Positions 28,239 to 39,316 are shown, counted from the stretch's first letter. The stretch is DNA of 64,000 bases from Candidatus Iainarchaeum sp. (GCA_016187745.1 JACPJC010000005.1:64001-128000), one strand, 5' to 3'. Notes: generated from the sequence alone by a model not told the origin. Numbers and translations: made by a program.

Positions 28239-29027
28239 TTACTCCAGCTCAACTTCCTCTTCCGGCGCCTTCGCCTCAATTGAGGAGTGCGCAACAACAT
28301 AATTCTCTATTCTCTGCGCTATTGGCCTGCGCTTCCATATTGCAATGGCAATCAGGATTGCAACTATCGCAACAAAAACAATATTCAGCTCTGATGCCAT
28401 GAACTGCCTTATCAGCTGCGCGAAGTCCACGGGCGGCGCAATCGGCTTCTCAAGCGCGTATTGCAGGTTCACGTAAGTTGTGGAAATGCCGCTCAGCACA
28501 ATCGCGTCCTCAATCCTCTTCGCGTGGCTTGTGAGCTTTGCCTCATCAATTCTCGCTCCAACGGGCAGGACAATCTTAATTTCAACATTTTTAGGAATTA
28601 TTATTATTCCGCCATTCGCAAAATTGCTGAATTTGCTGTCCAGAAGGCGCCAGTCCGCGGTTCTTGCGCTTTCGCTTTCCAGCTTTGCAAATTTGTCATC
28701 TATCGCATAATTGAGTATTACCGCCCTCTCCCTGTCATCAAAGGTTATGTAGGCGGAAATTCTTGTAGTGCTTGCAAAATGCGGGAACAGCCACGGATAA
28801 TCGCTTTTCCACGCATCAAGGCTCGGCCCGTTCTCTGCAACATTCTTGAGGAAAGCGCTGAGGCTGTTCTTGTCCGGGAAATCAAGGGAATAAATTTCAG
28901 TAACTTTCGCATATCCGCTTTTGTCAATGTCAATTTCAATAAGGTGCCTTGTAAGGTTCTGCGCACTTGCGTAGCTGAGCAGAAGGATTGCAAGCGCTGC
29001 CGCCATTGCAAAAGCGATTTTCCTCAT
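28239..29027 (-). CDS. Secreted/membrane-anchored protein
   Basis: Signal peptide MRKIAFAMAAALAILLLSYASA; C-terminal TM followed by KRR. Confidence 0.8.
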   Translation of the reverse strand: MRKIAFAMAAALAILLLSYASAQNLTRHLIEIDIDKSGYAKVTEIYSLDFPDKNSLSAFLKNVAENGPSLDAWKSDYPWLFPHFASTTRISAYITFDDRERAVILNYAIDDKFAKLESESARTADWRLLDSKFSNFANGGIIIIPKNVEIKIVLPVGARIDEAKLTSHAKRIEDAIVLSGISTTYVNLQYALEKPIAPPVDFAQLIRQFMASELNIVFVAIVAILIAIAIWKRRPIAQRIENYVVAHSSIEAKAPEEEVELE

Positions 29028-29210
29028 TTTCCCAGAGCCCCGGATATATTACTACTTCCAAACTCCCTTATATTTCTTATTGTATTAAAGAGTGCTGAAC
29101 ATATAAAAGCTTAATTATGGCTTATATATGCATCAAACTAAAGTGTTCAACACTCTTTATTAATCAAGAACTTATTTAAACTGCATTGCAGTGTATTATA
29201 TCGTAGGCTT

Positions 29211-29903
29211 ATGGTGAAGGCAAGGTTTCTTGGGCATTCCTCATTTTTGATTTCGCTTGCAGGCACAGGCGTCCTTATAGACCCTTATTTCTCGCACGAG
29301 GGCAGCGAGGACCTGAAGCGCATTGTTCCCTCATCCGCCCCGGAAAATGAATTCAGGGACGTTTCCCTTATTTTAATCACCCATGAGCATTTCGACCACT
29401 TTGACAAGAGTGCGATTGAGAAAATCGCATTAAAGAACAATTCAACAGTGATGGCGCACGAGGAAATGCTCAACCAGCTGAAAATCCAAAATTCGCAGAA
29501 GCAGACAATAAAAATGAACGACACCTACCTCCTGCGCAACATAAAGATTGATGTAATGCCCGCGCACCACCCCCAGTCCTTTTACCCTGTTGGCTACATA
29601 CTTTCGCACGAGGGCAAGAGCATCTATCACATGGGGGACACCGAACTCATGGAGGAATTCACTGACCCGAAGCTGAATTCAATAACCCTTATGCTCCTGC
29701 CGATAGGGGGCACATACACGATGGACGTTACTGATGCCGTAAAGACAGTAAAGAGCATGAAGCCGGATTATGCAATCCCAATGCATTTCAACACATTTGG
29801 CGCGATCAGGGCAGACCCGAACGAATTCAAGGAGCGCATTGAAAAGAGCATAATAAAAACAAAGGCAATCATCCTGAAGCCCGGGCAGGAATTTGAGTTC
29901 TAA
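29211..29903 (+). CDS. Metallo-beta-lactamase-fold hydrolase (UPF0173-like)
   Basis: FLGHSSF, LIDPY, THEHFDH, YHMGDT, LPIGGTYTM, IPMHFNTF. Confidence 0.92.
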   Translation: MVKARFLGHSSFLISLAGTGVLIDPYFSHEGSEDLKRIVPSSAPENEFRDVSLILITHEHFDHFDKSAIEKIALKNNSTVMAHEEMLNQLKIQNSQKQTIKMNDTYLLRNIKIDVMPAHHPQSFYPVGYILSHEGKSIYHMGDTELMEEFTDPKLNSITLMLLPIGGTYTMDVTDAVKTVKSMKPDYAIPMHFNTFGAIRADPNEFKERIEKSIIKTKAIILKPGQEFEF

Positions 29904-29912
29904 TAACATAAT

Positions 29913-30056
29913 CTATTTTTTATAAAATCTATTGCCTTCAATTTCTTTTCTAAATTCCTTAATGCATGTGTTTCTGTAGCCGTACTTCTTAAAATGTTCC
30001 TTCTCTATTTTAAGGATTTTTTTAATATAGCTTTCCTTCACTTCAAGTTCTGGCAT
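29913..30056 (-). CDS. 47-aa DUF2683-like antitoxin-type peptide (possibly a fragment)
   Basis: MPELEVKESYIKKILKIEKEH...IKEFRKEIE; AT-rich. Confidence 0.4.
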   Translation of the reverse strand: MPELEVKESYIKKILKIEKEHFKKYGYRNTCIKEFRKEIEGNRFYKK

Positions 30057-30768
30057 TTTCAAACATCCTGTTCGCTTCCTCAAGGTCCTTCGCATTTGAA
30101 ATGTCAATCCTGAATCCATTGTAAAGCAGGCACGCAATTTTTGCGCCTTCGCCCAGCATCAATTCCAATGAATCAGTAATCTCATACTCGTTCCTTATCG
30201 GGTTTATCGGGGTTCTTTCAATTGCGTCAAATATTTTTTCTGAAAAGCGGTAAATCCCGCAGTTTGCAATGTCGGTTTTCGTTTCCCCGGGCTTGGGCTT
30301 TTCAATTATATTTTTTACCAGCCCTCCCTCAATTTCCAGCGCGCCAAACCTGCTTATGTCCTTAACCTTCCTTCCCACCATTACCGCATCATAGCCATTT
30401 TTCCCGGCAAGCTCTTTTATCAGAGAACTTTCAAACAGCAAATCCCCGTTTACGGAAATGAAATCCCCCCGCATGAACTGCCTTGCCAGCCCTGTGGCAT
30501 GCGCCGTTCCTAATTGCGTCTCCTGGGCTGCATAATCTATTTTCAGCCCCTTGAATTCATCCCCGAAATATTCCATTATCCGCCCCTTTTTATAGCCAAC
30601 AACAATCACAGTCTCATCAATTCCTGAACCCCCCAGCATGTCCAGAATCCTTTCAAGCATGGGCTTTCCCGCAATCTCAACCATAGCCTTCGGAATTTCT
30701 TCAGTAACGGGCAGCATCCTTACGCCCTTCCCTGCGGCAAGAACCAGCGCTTTCAATTTTTCATTCAT
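30043..30768 (-). CDS. Sugar-phosphate nucleotidyltransferase
   Basis: LVLAAGKGVRMLP...PKAM, QLGTAHA, VNGD, IIEKP, EYEITD. Confidence 0.92.
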   Translation of the reverse strand: MNEKLKALVLAAGKGVRMLPVTEEIPKAMVEIAGKPMLERILDMLGGSGIDETVIVVGYKKGRIMEYFGDEFKGLKIDYAAQETQLGTAHATGLARQFMRGDFISVNGDLLFESSLIKELAGKNGYDAVMVGRKVKDISRFGALEIEGGLVKNIIEKPKPGETKTDIANCGIYRFSEKIFDAIERTPINPIRNEYEITDSLELMLGEGAKIACLLYNGFRIDISNAKDLEEANRMFENART

Positions 30769-31679
30769 AATTCCACGGCATCCAAATCATTCGGGGCAAT
30801 GGAATTTGCAAAAACCATCCTCGCCTCATTCTCGCTCTGCTTCACATCCTTGTGCCGGGGGCTTATGTGTATGAGGTAAAGCGCCTTCACGTGCGCCCTT
30901 TCCGCAATTTCCCCGGCCTGCCTTGCTGTGCAGTGGAAGGTTTCCTTCGCCCTTTCCCTCATTTTCTCAAGGAACGCGGACTCATGTATTAGGACATCGG
31001 CATCCCTGATTGCGGGAACATACTGCGCGCCCGGAAGCGTATCAGTAATATAGCAGATTTTCCTGCCCTTCCTCGCCTTAGTGTAATCCATCACCTGCGC
31101 GGGGGATATTTTTTTATTTCCGATGGAAATTGTCTCCCCGTTCTGCAGCTTCCCGAAGAGGGGCCCTTCCGGAATGCCAAGCTCCAGCGCCTTCTTCTTG
31201 TTGAATTCCCCGGCTTTTCCAGTCTCCTCGAACACAAAGCCATAGCACGGGACATCATGCTTTAATTTTACGGCCTTCACGCTGAAATCCTTCCCCTGGA
31301 GGAGCGTTCCCTCGCGCATAATTTCCTTAGTGCGGACTTCAAAATTGCACTGCATAAGCGCGAGCTTCAGCGCGGTCTTGACCCTTTCGGAAATTCCCTT
31401 CGGCCCGTAAATATTCAGGGGATAATCGCGCCTGTGCATGCTCATCGTAGCTATCAGCCCCGGAAGCCCAAGCAAATGGTCCGCATGCAGGTGCGAAATG
31501 AAAATGTGCTCAATGCGCATATAGGAAATCCCCGAGCGCATCATCTGCCTCTGCGTTCCCTCCGGGCAGTCAAAAAGCAATGTGTTCCCCTCAAATTTCA
31601 GCGCAACGCTGCTCAGGTTGCGCTCCTTTGTGGGCGCGCTGCATGATGTTCCCAAAAACACTATCTGCATATTCGCCAT
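30765..31679 (-). CDS. rnz: Ribonuclease Z
   Basis: FLGTS..PTKERN, FDCPEGTQRQ, SHLHADH, GIPEGP exosite, LIHES, HISPR. Confidence 0.96.
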   Translation of the reverse strand: MANMQIVFLGTSCSAPTKERNLSSVALKFEGNTLLFDCPEGTQRQMMRSGISYMRIEHIFISHLHADHLLGLPGLIATMSMHRRDYPLNIYGPKGISERVKTALKLALMQCNFEVRTKEIMREGTLLQGKDFSVKAVKLKHDVPCYGFVFEETGKAGEFNKKKALELGIPEGPLFGKLQNGETISIGNKKISPAQVMDYTKARKGRKICYITDTLPGAQYVPAIRDADVLIHESAFLEKMRERAKETFHCTARQAGEIAERAHVKALYLIHISPRHKDVKQSENEARMVFANSIAPNDLDAVEL

Positions 31680-31738
31680 ATTTTCCCCAAATAATTGAAT
31701 TGTGAACCTTTTTAATTATTAATCAATATAATACATTT

Positions 31739-33724
31739 ATGAAAAAGGCCCCGAAAAAAGAAAAAAAAGGGAAAATTGCGCATGCAAAGGCGCGCAGGCA
31801 GATTCCAATTTCCGAAATTCCAGGCGATTGGAATTCCACTTCTGAAATTGCGGTTCCCGAAAGGATCATTGACCAGGTTATTGGGCAGGACAATTGCGTT
31901 GAGCTGATTAAAAAGGCTGCGATGCAGAAGCGCAACGTCCTTCTTGTGGGGCTGCCCGGAACCGGAAAGTCAATGCTCGCGCAGGCAATGGCCGAAATCC
32001 TGCCTGTGCAGAAGATGCAGGACATTCTGGTCTATCCGAATCCATTGGACTCGAACAGCCCGAAGGTTAAGATGGTTGATGCGGGAAAGGGCAAGCAGAT
32101 TGTAAATACTGAAAGGATGAATGCGCTTGCGAACGAGCACAACTCAAGGATGCTCGCAATCCTATTCCCCCTGGGATTTTTTATTTTAAGCTCCTTCATG
32201 TGGAGCCTTAAATGGATTTCCGATGTGATATTTGCTGCAACAATAATCCTCGGCGGCATACTCCTTATGGGCTTTGTTGTCGCATCCCAGATGCGCATGC
32301 GCTTTTCCCATGAAACCCCGAAACTGCTGATTGACAATTCCGAGAAAAAGACCGCGCCCTTCATTGAGGCGACAGGCTCCCGCGCCGGCTCATTGCTTGG
32401 GGATGTTTTGCACGATCCCCTGCAATCCGGGGGCCTTGGAACGCCTGCGCATTTACGAGTAGAACCAGGCGCAATCCACAAGGCAAACGGCGGAGTTCTC
32501 TTCCTTGATGAAATTGCAACCCTTTCCCCGAAGGCGCAGCAGGAACTTCTTACTGCAATGCAGGAGAAAAAATATCCAATCACAGGGCAGAGCGAAAATT
32601 CCAGCGGCGCAATGGTGCGCACGGAAGCAGTCCCATGCGACTTTGTCCTGGTAGCCGCTGGAAATTACGAGGACTTGCAGAAGGTCCATCCTGCCCTGCG
32701 CTCGCGCATAAGGGGCTATGGCTATGAGATTTACATGAACTGGGACATGCCTGACACTGAAGAAAACCGCAAAAAAATAGTGCAATTCATTGCGCAGGAG
32801 ATAAAAAAGGACGGAAGGATTCCTGCGTTCAGCAGGGATGCCGCAGAAGCGATCATATTTGAGGCAAGAAGGCGCGCAACAAAGAAAAACACATTAACCC
32901 TGAAACTGCGCGATTTGGGCGGGCTGATTCGCGCCTCAGGCGACATTGCAGCCGCAAAGCAGCACAAGATTGTAGTTCCGGAAGATTTGCAGGAAGCAAA
33001 AATTTCAGCAAAAACACTTGAGCAGCAGATTGCAGGCAAGATAATTGAGGACAGGAAGGCCTATGAGGTTTATTTCACCCAGGGAACCGCAGTCGGAAGG
33101 GTCAACGGGCTTGCGGTTTCAGGCGAGGGCGACGCCGGGCTTGTGCTTCCAATTGAAGCCGAGATTGCGCCCGCGGCAAGCAAATCCGAGGGAAAACTGA
33201 TTGCAACAGGAAAGTTGGGGGAGATTGCAAAGGAAGCGGTCCAGAACGTTTCCGCCTTAATTAAAAAGCTTTCAGGAAAGGATGTGAGCAAATATGATTT
33301 GCATATCCAGTTTTTGCAGACCTATGAGGGGGTTGAGGGGGACTCGGCAAGCATTTCCGTGGCAACAGCGGTAATTTCGGCCCTTGAGGGAATTCCAATA
33401 AAGCAGAATCTTGCAATGACCGGCTCGCTTTCAGTAAGGGGGGAAGTCCTTCCTGTTGCCGGAATCACAGCAAAGGTGCAGGCGGCAATCAAGGCGGGGT
33501 TCTCGGAAGTAATAATTCCCAAGGCAAACCTTGAGGATGTTGTTCTTGGAAAAAAGGAATTGCAGAATATAAGAATAATCCCTGTGAGCACGCTGAGCGA
33601 TGTCCTGTCCAATGCATTTGAAAAATCAGGCGCAAAAGTCAAATTGCTGTCCAATCTGAAAAAGATTATCGAACTGCACATTCCTGTTGCGGGAATCGGG
33701 AAAATCTCCCGCGCAGGCGCCTAG
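31739..33724 (+). CDS. lonB: Archaeal membrane-anchored Lon protease
   Basis: GLPGTGKS, two TM helices within the AAA domain, [16 protein letters not shown] catalytic Ser and downstream Lys. Confidence 0.96.
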   Translation: MKKAPKKEKKGKIAHAKARRQIPISEIPGDWNSTSEIAVPERIIDQVIGQDNCVELIKKAAMQKRNVLLVGLPGTGKSMLAQAMAEILPVQKMQDILVYPNPLDSNSPKVKMVDAGKGKQIVNTERMNALANEHNSRMLAILFPLGFFILSSFMWSLKWISDVIFAATIILGGILLMGFVVASQMRMRFSHETPKLLIDNSEKKTAPFIEATGSRAGSLLGDVLHDPLQSGGLGTPAHLRVEPGAIHKANGGVLFLDEIATLSPKAQQELLTAMQEKKYPITGQSENSSGAMVRTEAVPCDFVLVAAGNYEDLQKVHPALRSRIRGYGYEIYMNWDMPDTEENRKKIVQFIAQEIKKDGRIPAFSRDAAEAIIFEARRRATKKNTLTLKLRDLGGLIRASGDIAAAKQHKIVVPEDLQEAKISAKTLEQQIAGKIIEDRKAYEVYFTQGTAVGRVNGLAVSGEGDAGLVLPIEAEIAPAASKSEGKLIATGKLGEIAKEAVQNVSALIKKLSGKDVSKYDLHIQFLQTYEGVEGDSASISVATAVISALEGIPIKQNLAMTGSLSVRGEVLPVAGITAKVQAAIKAGFSEVIIPKANLEDVVLGKKELQNIRIIPVSTLSDVLSNAFEKSGAKVKLLSNLKKIIELHIPVAGIGKISRAGA

Positions 33725-34950
33725 GCAGCAACTATCACTTTGTCAATGCCTATTGTAAGGTCCTTCTTCCTGAGCTTTACTGCTTCCTTTTCCTTCAGGG
33801 GAATGTATTCAACAACATCCCTGCTTGCGGAGATTGAGGTAACCCTTCCAAGCCATTTCCCTTCCCTGCTGTATACGGGAAGGCCAACAAGCAGCCTTGT
33901 TATCTTCCCGCGCACATCAAATACCGATGAAACGTAATACGCAAGTATTGCGGCTCCGAAGCTAACTATTACCACAAAGAGGAAGAGGTTGAGGTCTGCG
34001 ACCCCCACAAACACATTCCTGCCTGAATCAAGTATGAGCCATATGATCGCGACATACACTATTGAAAGGAAGTATTTTCTTAGCATATATGCCATGCGGA
34101 AATGCACGGCATCAACGCTTTTTGCAAGCGCGAATGAAATTGCGGAGAGCATTGTGAAATTCACGACCTGCATAATCGCATCAACAGTCCTCGCAATGAT
34201 ATCCGCAGTCTTCTCCCCTGTAATGAATTCAGTATATCCTGAATAAATTCCGAACACAAACAGCAGTATTACCGCAATGTAAAGCGGGAATGAGGTCCTC
34301 TGCACTGAAATTGAGGATGTAACGCTCCTTATTGTGGACAGTGCAGCATCATAAATCCCAAATCCGTAAAGAAGAAGGAACGCGCCTATCCCTCCAACGG
34401 CCAGCTGCAGGCCGATGTTCGGAAGCGAGGCAATCAGCAGAAGTATTATCCCCGGGATTCCGAAAACAATGAGCGCGAGCGTAGGGTCCTTAATTGCCTC
34501 CTTTATTGCATAATAAGTCCCCTCAATCTCCTTCGCCTGCTTTATTATTACGGTTTCCTTTGAGATTATTTTTGCCCTGCTCTGGAGTATGGGGATTATC
34601 TGGTCGTCTTCCGCCCCGTCTGTAACGAGCACAAAGCCCTCCGCATGGAACTTTTCAAGGAAAGCATCAAGCTGCTCATTCAGCCTCTTGTCTGATTCAA
34701 AATCGGATTTCCCATAGCCCGTAAGCGTTGCAATCTCAACATTCGCATAGTGCTTTTTTACCTCGTCAAATTTCCTTACCGCAGCGAACATGCAGTTCGC
34801 ATCGCTTTCCTCCGGGTCCGCAACAGCAAGCTTTGCAGCCGCCTTGAGGTTTTCCTTCCTCCCTATCACAGGGCCTTCAACATTCGCCTTCCTGCCCAAA
34901 TCATTGTCCCTGTCGGCGCAAAGCACCGCAACATTCTGTATTTTAGCCAT
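33721..34950 (-). CDS. DUF373-family membrane protein with C-terminal PRC-barrel-like domain
   Basis: [26 protein letters not shown]; TM region; [17 protein letters not shown]. Confidence 0.85.
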   Translation of the reverse strand: MAKIQNVAVLCADRDNDLGRKANVEGPVIGRKENLKAAAKLAVADPEESDANCMFAAVRKFDEVKKHYANVEIATLTGYGKSDFESDKRLNEQLDAFLEKFHAEGFVLVTDGAEDDQIIPILQSRAKIISKETVIIKQAKEIEGTYYAIKEAIKDPTLALIVFGIPGIILLLIASLPNIGLQLAVGGIGAFLLLYGFGIYDAALSTIRSVTSSISVQRTSFPLYIAVILLFVFGIYSGYTEFITGEKTADIIARTVDAIMQVVNFTMLSAISFALAKSVDAVHFRMAYMLRKYFLSIVYVAIIWLILDSGRNVFVGVADLNLFLFVVIVSFGAAILAYYVSSVFDVRGKITRLLVGLPVYSREGKWLGRVTSISASRDVVEYIPLKEKEAVKLRKKDLTIGIDKVIVAA

Positions 34951-35029
34951 GACCTTCAGCCCGCCTGTATTTATATAGGGGTAAATAATTAATAATAGCT
35001 GCTTAATATATATTTACTATACAGGGAAA

Positions 35030-36058
35030 GTGGAAAAAATGCAGAATTCGGCAATGAAGCAGATTGTGTTTGGCGCCTTGCTAATTCTGGCAATACTTGC
35101 GGTATATGCTGCAATTTCCCTTGCAAGCATATGGGCGCAGTATGTCATATGGGCGCTCATAATTGCGGCATTCCTGCTTCTGATATGGAAGTTTGATTTC
35201 ATCCTGATGCTCAAGGATTACGAGCGCTCTGTGATATTCCGCTTCGGAAAAATTCATAGGGTAGGAGGCCCTGGCTGGTGCATTATCCTACCGGGCATTG
35301 AGCAGTCAAACTATGTTGACCTGCGTGTGCACACAATTGACATTCCGAGGCAGGATGTTGTTACGCGCGATAAAATAGAATTGAACATTGATGCTGTAAT
35401 TTACCTTGCGGTGAAGAAGGACAAGCAGAGCGTGATAAATTCCGTTGTGGCGGTAAAGGACTACAGGACCGCAGCAACAGATTATGCGATTGCCACATTG
35501 CGTGATGTCATGGGCGGGATGGACCTGAGCGAAGTGCTTGTGAATATTGAAGGCATAAACCGCCAGCTGAAGGAAATGCTTGAGAAAATTTCCGAGGGCT
35601 GGGGAGTAAGCGTTGATGCCGTGCAGATCAAGGACATAAACATCCCGAAAACTGTAATTGAGGCAATGCACGCCGAAAAGGCTGCGGAGCAGGAAAAGCT
35701 CGCGCGCATGGAAAGGGCAAAGGCCCAGCAGGCCGAAATAGATGCGGTAAAGGAATCCGCCGCAGGGCTTTCGGAAAATGCGCTTTCCTATTATTATATC
35801 CGCGCGCTTGAAAAGATGGCCGAAGGCCAGAGCACGAAATTCATCTTTCCCATGGAACTGAGCGGATTAGCATCAGCGCTTTCAGGAAAAATAGGCATTT
35901 CAAAGGGCTCGGGGGGAATTACCATTGCGCCGGAAACCCTCTCACAGCTTGCCCCGCTCCTGAAATCCCTGCAGAAGGGCAGATCCAAGGCAAAAGTAAA
36001 AAGAACAAAAAGGGCAAAAGCGAAAAAGCGCAAAAAGGCGGGAAATAAAAATAAGTAG
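35030..36058 (+). CDS. SPFH/stomatin (band 7) protein with basic tail
   Basis: YERSVIFRFGK..GPG, VDLRVHTIDIPRQDVVTRD, TLRDVMG, WGVSV. Confidence 0.93.
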   Translation: MEKMQNSAMKQIVFGALLILAILAVYAAISLASIWAQYVIWALIIAAFLLLIWKFDFILMLKDYERSVIFRFGKIHRVGGPGWCIILPGIEQSNYVDLRVHTIDIPRQDVVTRDKIELNIDAVIYLAVKKDKQSVINSVVAVKDYRTAATDYAIATLRDVMGGMDLSEVLVNIEGINRQLKEMLEKISEGWGVSVDAVQIKDINIPKTVIEAMHAEKAAEQEKLARMERAKAQQAEIDAVKESAAGLSENALSYYYIRALEKMAEGQSTKFIFPMELSGLASALSGKIGISKGSGGITIAPETLSQLAPLLKSLQKGRSKAKVKRTKRAKAKKRKKAGNKNK

Positions 36059-37375
36059 TCAGGCAAATAATTCTAATGTCTTCTGCTCTTTGCTTTTTCT
36101 ATAATTTTTTCCATATCTTCCCGTAAATTCGCCATTCTCTTTTCTTTCTTTAAAGGTTTTCATTACAAAATGCCTTGATATTTCTTCATTTGCGCAATCT
36201 ATTTCTTCCCTAAAATTTCTCGCTCTTTTTTCCGCAAGTTTAGCATACTCTTGAGAAATTTCAATCCCCAAATAATCATGCCCCAATATTTTTGCAGCAG
36301 CTAATGTTGTTCCGCTTCCGCAATAAGGGTCAATTATTAATCCTCGTTTATCATCCATAACAGAATAAATAGCTCTTACGGGCAGTGCCAGTGGAAAGGG
36401 GGCAGGATGCAGGTTATTCTGCTCAGGCGAAAACCTCCATATTGAGCTCAGAAGAGCGTGTTTTGATTTTAATTCTTCCCCTATAAGATCATTACCCTGC
36501 GGCTTGTAAAGCCAATAAATTCTTTCTTCTACCTGCCAGAACCTCCAGCCCCTTATGTTTGCAGCAATCATCCTGTCCCAAATAATTTCCTGTCGCATTT
36601 CCCACTTTGTTTTTTTCAGCCAGTCAATGGGATGGAGCATTTTCCCTTTTTCCCATCTAACTTTGTGGTTGTAAAAGAAGGATCCACCTGTTTTAGCAAC
36701 CCTAAACAACTCATTTAAAACTTCTATTTGATTTTTTTGATATACATCCTCTGCTTTGTACTGCTCCAGCTTCTCCCTATTCAAAAGATAAACAGTCCTA
36801 AGATTTCTGCAGTCTATAAAATATTTGTAATCAAAATTCGCACTTCTTAGATATTGGCCGCTCATGTCTTTTCCACCTTTAAATCTGTGATGCAATTGCT
36901 CTTCCAAACGTTTTGTAAAAGTATTGTAGTTAAAAGGAAATTCAAGTATGTAAATAAGCTTGCCGTCAACAAAGCCGCTTATCAGCATATTCAGGTTTTT
37001 TTCTTTTTTGTCTTTTTTCAGCCTGGCAAAAGTATAATCTGTAAAGTTTCCTCCGCCATTGAGTTTTCTTAATGGTTTTGAATTAGTATCCACATTTTTT
37101 GGTTTTGCTTCGCACATTATAGTTTTTCCTGAAACAAAAGAATCCTGCTTAAAGCCATTATATCCTATTTTGCCTTCTTTGTGCTTGTAGCCTGCAATAT
37201 TAACCGTTATAAATTCCCTGATTGTTGATGAATTTTTGTCATTTATATACATTGTAAGCAGGTCATTTAGCATTCCAATTAGAACATCTTTTGATTTTCC
37301 TAAAATATAACTATTTAGTTCTTCATGGCTTCCAGTAGAGTATATCTTAATCACATTAATTAGCTCTTGATTCAT
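36059..37375 (-). CDS. In-frame fusion of a putative type II restriction endonuclease and an N-terminally truncated N4/N6 (beta-class) DNA methyltransferase
   Basis: N-half with CEAKPK (PD-(D/E)xK-like); C-half RQEIIWDR, HPAPFP, DPYCGSGTT, GIEIS; no (D/S/N)PPY motif; AT-rich. Confidence 0.75.
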   Translation of the reverse strand: MNQELINVIKIYSTGSHEELNSYILGKSKDVLIGMLNDLLTMYINDKNSSTIREFITVNIAGYKHKEGKIGYNGFKQDSFVSGKTIMCEAKPKNVDTNSKPLRKLNGGGNFTDYTFARLKKDKKEKNLNMLISGFVDGKLIYILEFPFNYNTFTKRLEEQLHHRFKGGKDMSGQYLRSANFDYKYFIDCRNLRTVYLLNREKLEQYKAEDVYQKNQIEVLNELFRVAKTGGSFFYNHKVRWEKGKMLHPIDWLKKTKWEMRQEIIWDRMIAANIRGWRFWQVEERIYWLYKPQGNDLIGEELKSKHALLSSIWRFSPEQNNLHPAPFPLALPVRAIYSVMDDKRGLIIDPYCGSGTTLAAAKILGHDYLGIEISQEYAKLAEKRARNFREEIDCANEEISRHFVMKTFKERKENGEFTGRYGKNYRKSKEQKTLELFA

Positions 37376-37436
37376 AATCTATTAATTATATGCAAAGATA
37401 ATTTAAATAACTTTTGGGAGCAGATTTCCGCTGAAA

Positions 37437-38324
37437 TTATCCCGCAACTATTATCCATGCCTCAATGAGCGCGCCCAACAGCAAAATCGCATATGCAAGC
37501 GCTATAAGCACAAGCACATCCTTCGCAATTATTTCAAATTCGAATTTATGGTAGGATTTTTTTGAAATTGCAGCGCTTATTATGCCCCCTGCAATTGCGC
37601 CTATGAAATACGCGATGAATTCGGGAATCCCGTGCGGCAGCAGCCCGACAACAATCAGCATTCCCGAAAGCACATCGCTCCTGAGCATTTCCTTCCCCAC
37701 TACAACCCCGATGAAGCTCCCGTTCCACGCAAGCAGGAAGATTGCGCCCGCGCCGAAAATGAATGAGAACAATACCGCCAGCCCGAACACCGAGGCGTTG
37801 TTGGTAAATATCAGCAGGAACACATCAACAAAGTTCGCGCCCCCCCCTCCTATTGCATCAGTGGCCTTTCCTGTTGCAATGCCCTGCCTTATGCTCTGGA
37901 ACGCACTGAATGTATTTTCCTGCTCCCTGAATACCTTCTCCTTTGCGGGCATTGCCATGCATATTCCCTCCCCAAGGCAAAAGGAGGCCTCCTTCTGCGG
38001 AAGAACAACATACCACATGCTGTAGCTGAATATCAATCCGATCAAAAACCAGGAGTAAATCGCAATTATGTCAAAATGCCTCTCAATGAATGTTGCCGCT
38101 TTCCCCGGATGCGCGGCCTCCTCCTCCTCTTCCACAGTGAAAAGCGAGAACATGACCGGCATCATTCCTATTGTTACGAATGCCAGGCTCAGGATGCTCG
38201 AGCTCTCAGGGAACGTAAAATAGCTCACCCAGATGCTTATGCTTGAGAATGCAATGCTCAGGAACAGTATGTAAAGGGGATGCCTCCTTATTTGCGCCTC
38301 TCCAAGGATTGATTCAAACACCAT
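37437..38324 (-). CDS. SpoIIM/DUF95-family membrane protein
   Basis: IFTNN, LAWNG, LLPHGIPEF, GALIEA. Confidence 0.88.
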   Translation of the reverse strand: MVFESILGEAQIRRHPLYILFLSIAFSSISIWVSYFTFPESSSILSLAFVTIGMMPVMFSLFTVEEEEEAAHPGKAATFIERHFDIIAIYSWFLIGLIFSYSMWYVVLPQKEASFCLGEGICMAMPAKEKVFREQENTFSAFQSIRQGIATGKATDAIGGGGANFVDVFLLIFTNNASVFGLAVLFSFIFGAGAIFLLAWNGSFIGVVVGKEMLRSDVLSGMLIVVGLLPHGIPEFIAYFIGAIAGGIISAAISKKSYHKFEFEIIAKDVLVLIALAYAILLLGALIEAWIIVAG

Positions 38325-38452
38325 TTTCCCATTCCCCAAAAAAACCGCAAAACCAATAATTTAAATAGGTTTCTGGGTTAATATAATTATTGTTTTATTT
38401 CCGTTTAAGGAAGGCATCGGAAACTCAGTTTCTGATTTTTGATGGTTAAAAA

Positions 38453-39019
38453 ATGGACAGCAGAATAGTTTTTCCCGGGGATTTCCTCACAACAGCGGAG
38501 GAATTTGTCGCGGGCAAAAACACCTACGAGGATGTTTCAGGCAGGATATATGCCGCGACCGTTGGAAGCGCGCAGTTTGACCTTGGCAAGAGGGAAGTGA
38601 GCGTAGAGAAAGACGGGCGGGAGATAGAGCTGCTTGAAGTTGGGGCAATCATTGAGGGCGTTGTTATAATGCTCAAGCCCCAGGCCGCAATAATTGAGAT
38701 TTATGCGGCGGAAAAGGACGGGAGAAAGCTCAACATACAGCAGTCCATCGGCGCAGTTCCCATTTCTCTGGTAAGCAGGGGCTATGTTACAACAATGGAC
38801 ACAAAATTCAGGATCGGGGATTTAATAAGGGCGAAGGTCGAGGTAATAACCGCCTATTCTGTTGACAGCTCAACGGCAGACGCGGAATTGGGGGTCATAA
38901 GGGCATACTGCACCAAGTGCAGGGATGTTCTGGGATTGTTTGATTCGCAGCTCAAGTGCATAAACTGCGGTAATGTAGAGCAGCGCAAGTTCTCAACGCT
39001 TTACACGCTTAAATACTGA
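38453..39019 (+). CDS. csl4: Exosome RNA-binding subunit Csl4
   Basis: VFPGDFLTTAEEF, S1 domain FRIGDLIRAKV, LGVIRAYCTKC...CINCG. Confidence 0.93.
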   Translation: MDSRIVFPGDFLTTAEEFVAGKNTYEDVSGRIYAATVGSAQFDLGKREVSVEKDGREIELLEVGAIIEGVVIMLKPQAAIIEIYAAEKDGRKLNIQQSIGAVPISLVSRGYVTTMDTKFRIGDLIRAKVEVITAYSVDSSTADAELGVIRAYCTKCRDVLGLFDSQLKCINCGNVEQRKFSTLYTLKY

Positions 39020-39037
39020 ATTTATTGGGGGGAAAAA

Positions 39038-39316
39038 ATGGACCTGGGGCTGATAAGAAAACAGAAAAATCTTCTGGAATTCACAATAAAGGGGGAAAGG
39101 CACACTTTCCCGAATCTGCTGCGCTCTTATCTCCTGAATGACGCGGGAGTTGAATTCGCGGCATACACATTGGCACATCCCATGGACAACGATGCGAAAT
39201 TCATAGTAAGGACAAAGGACTCTGAAACCGCGGAAAAGGCGCTTACAAAGGCGTGCGATGCGATTGATTCGGACTTGGAGGAATTCTCCAAGCAGTTCAG
39301 GAAGGCTGTGAAGTAA
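39038..39316 (+). CDS. rpoL: RNA polymerase subunit L (Rpo11)
   Basis: GERHTFPNLL, VEFAAYTLAHP; follows csl4. Confidence 0.93.
   Translation: MDLGLIRKQKNLLEFTIKGERHTFPNLLRSYLLNDAGVEFAAYTLAHPMDNDAKFIVRTKDSETAEKALTKACDAIDSDLEEFSKQFRKAVK

Noticed and set aside
38415-38435. Hairpin atcggaaac-tca-gtttctgat in the csl4 leader
   Set aside because: A single short stem, not enough to call a regulatory RNA
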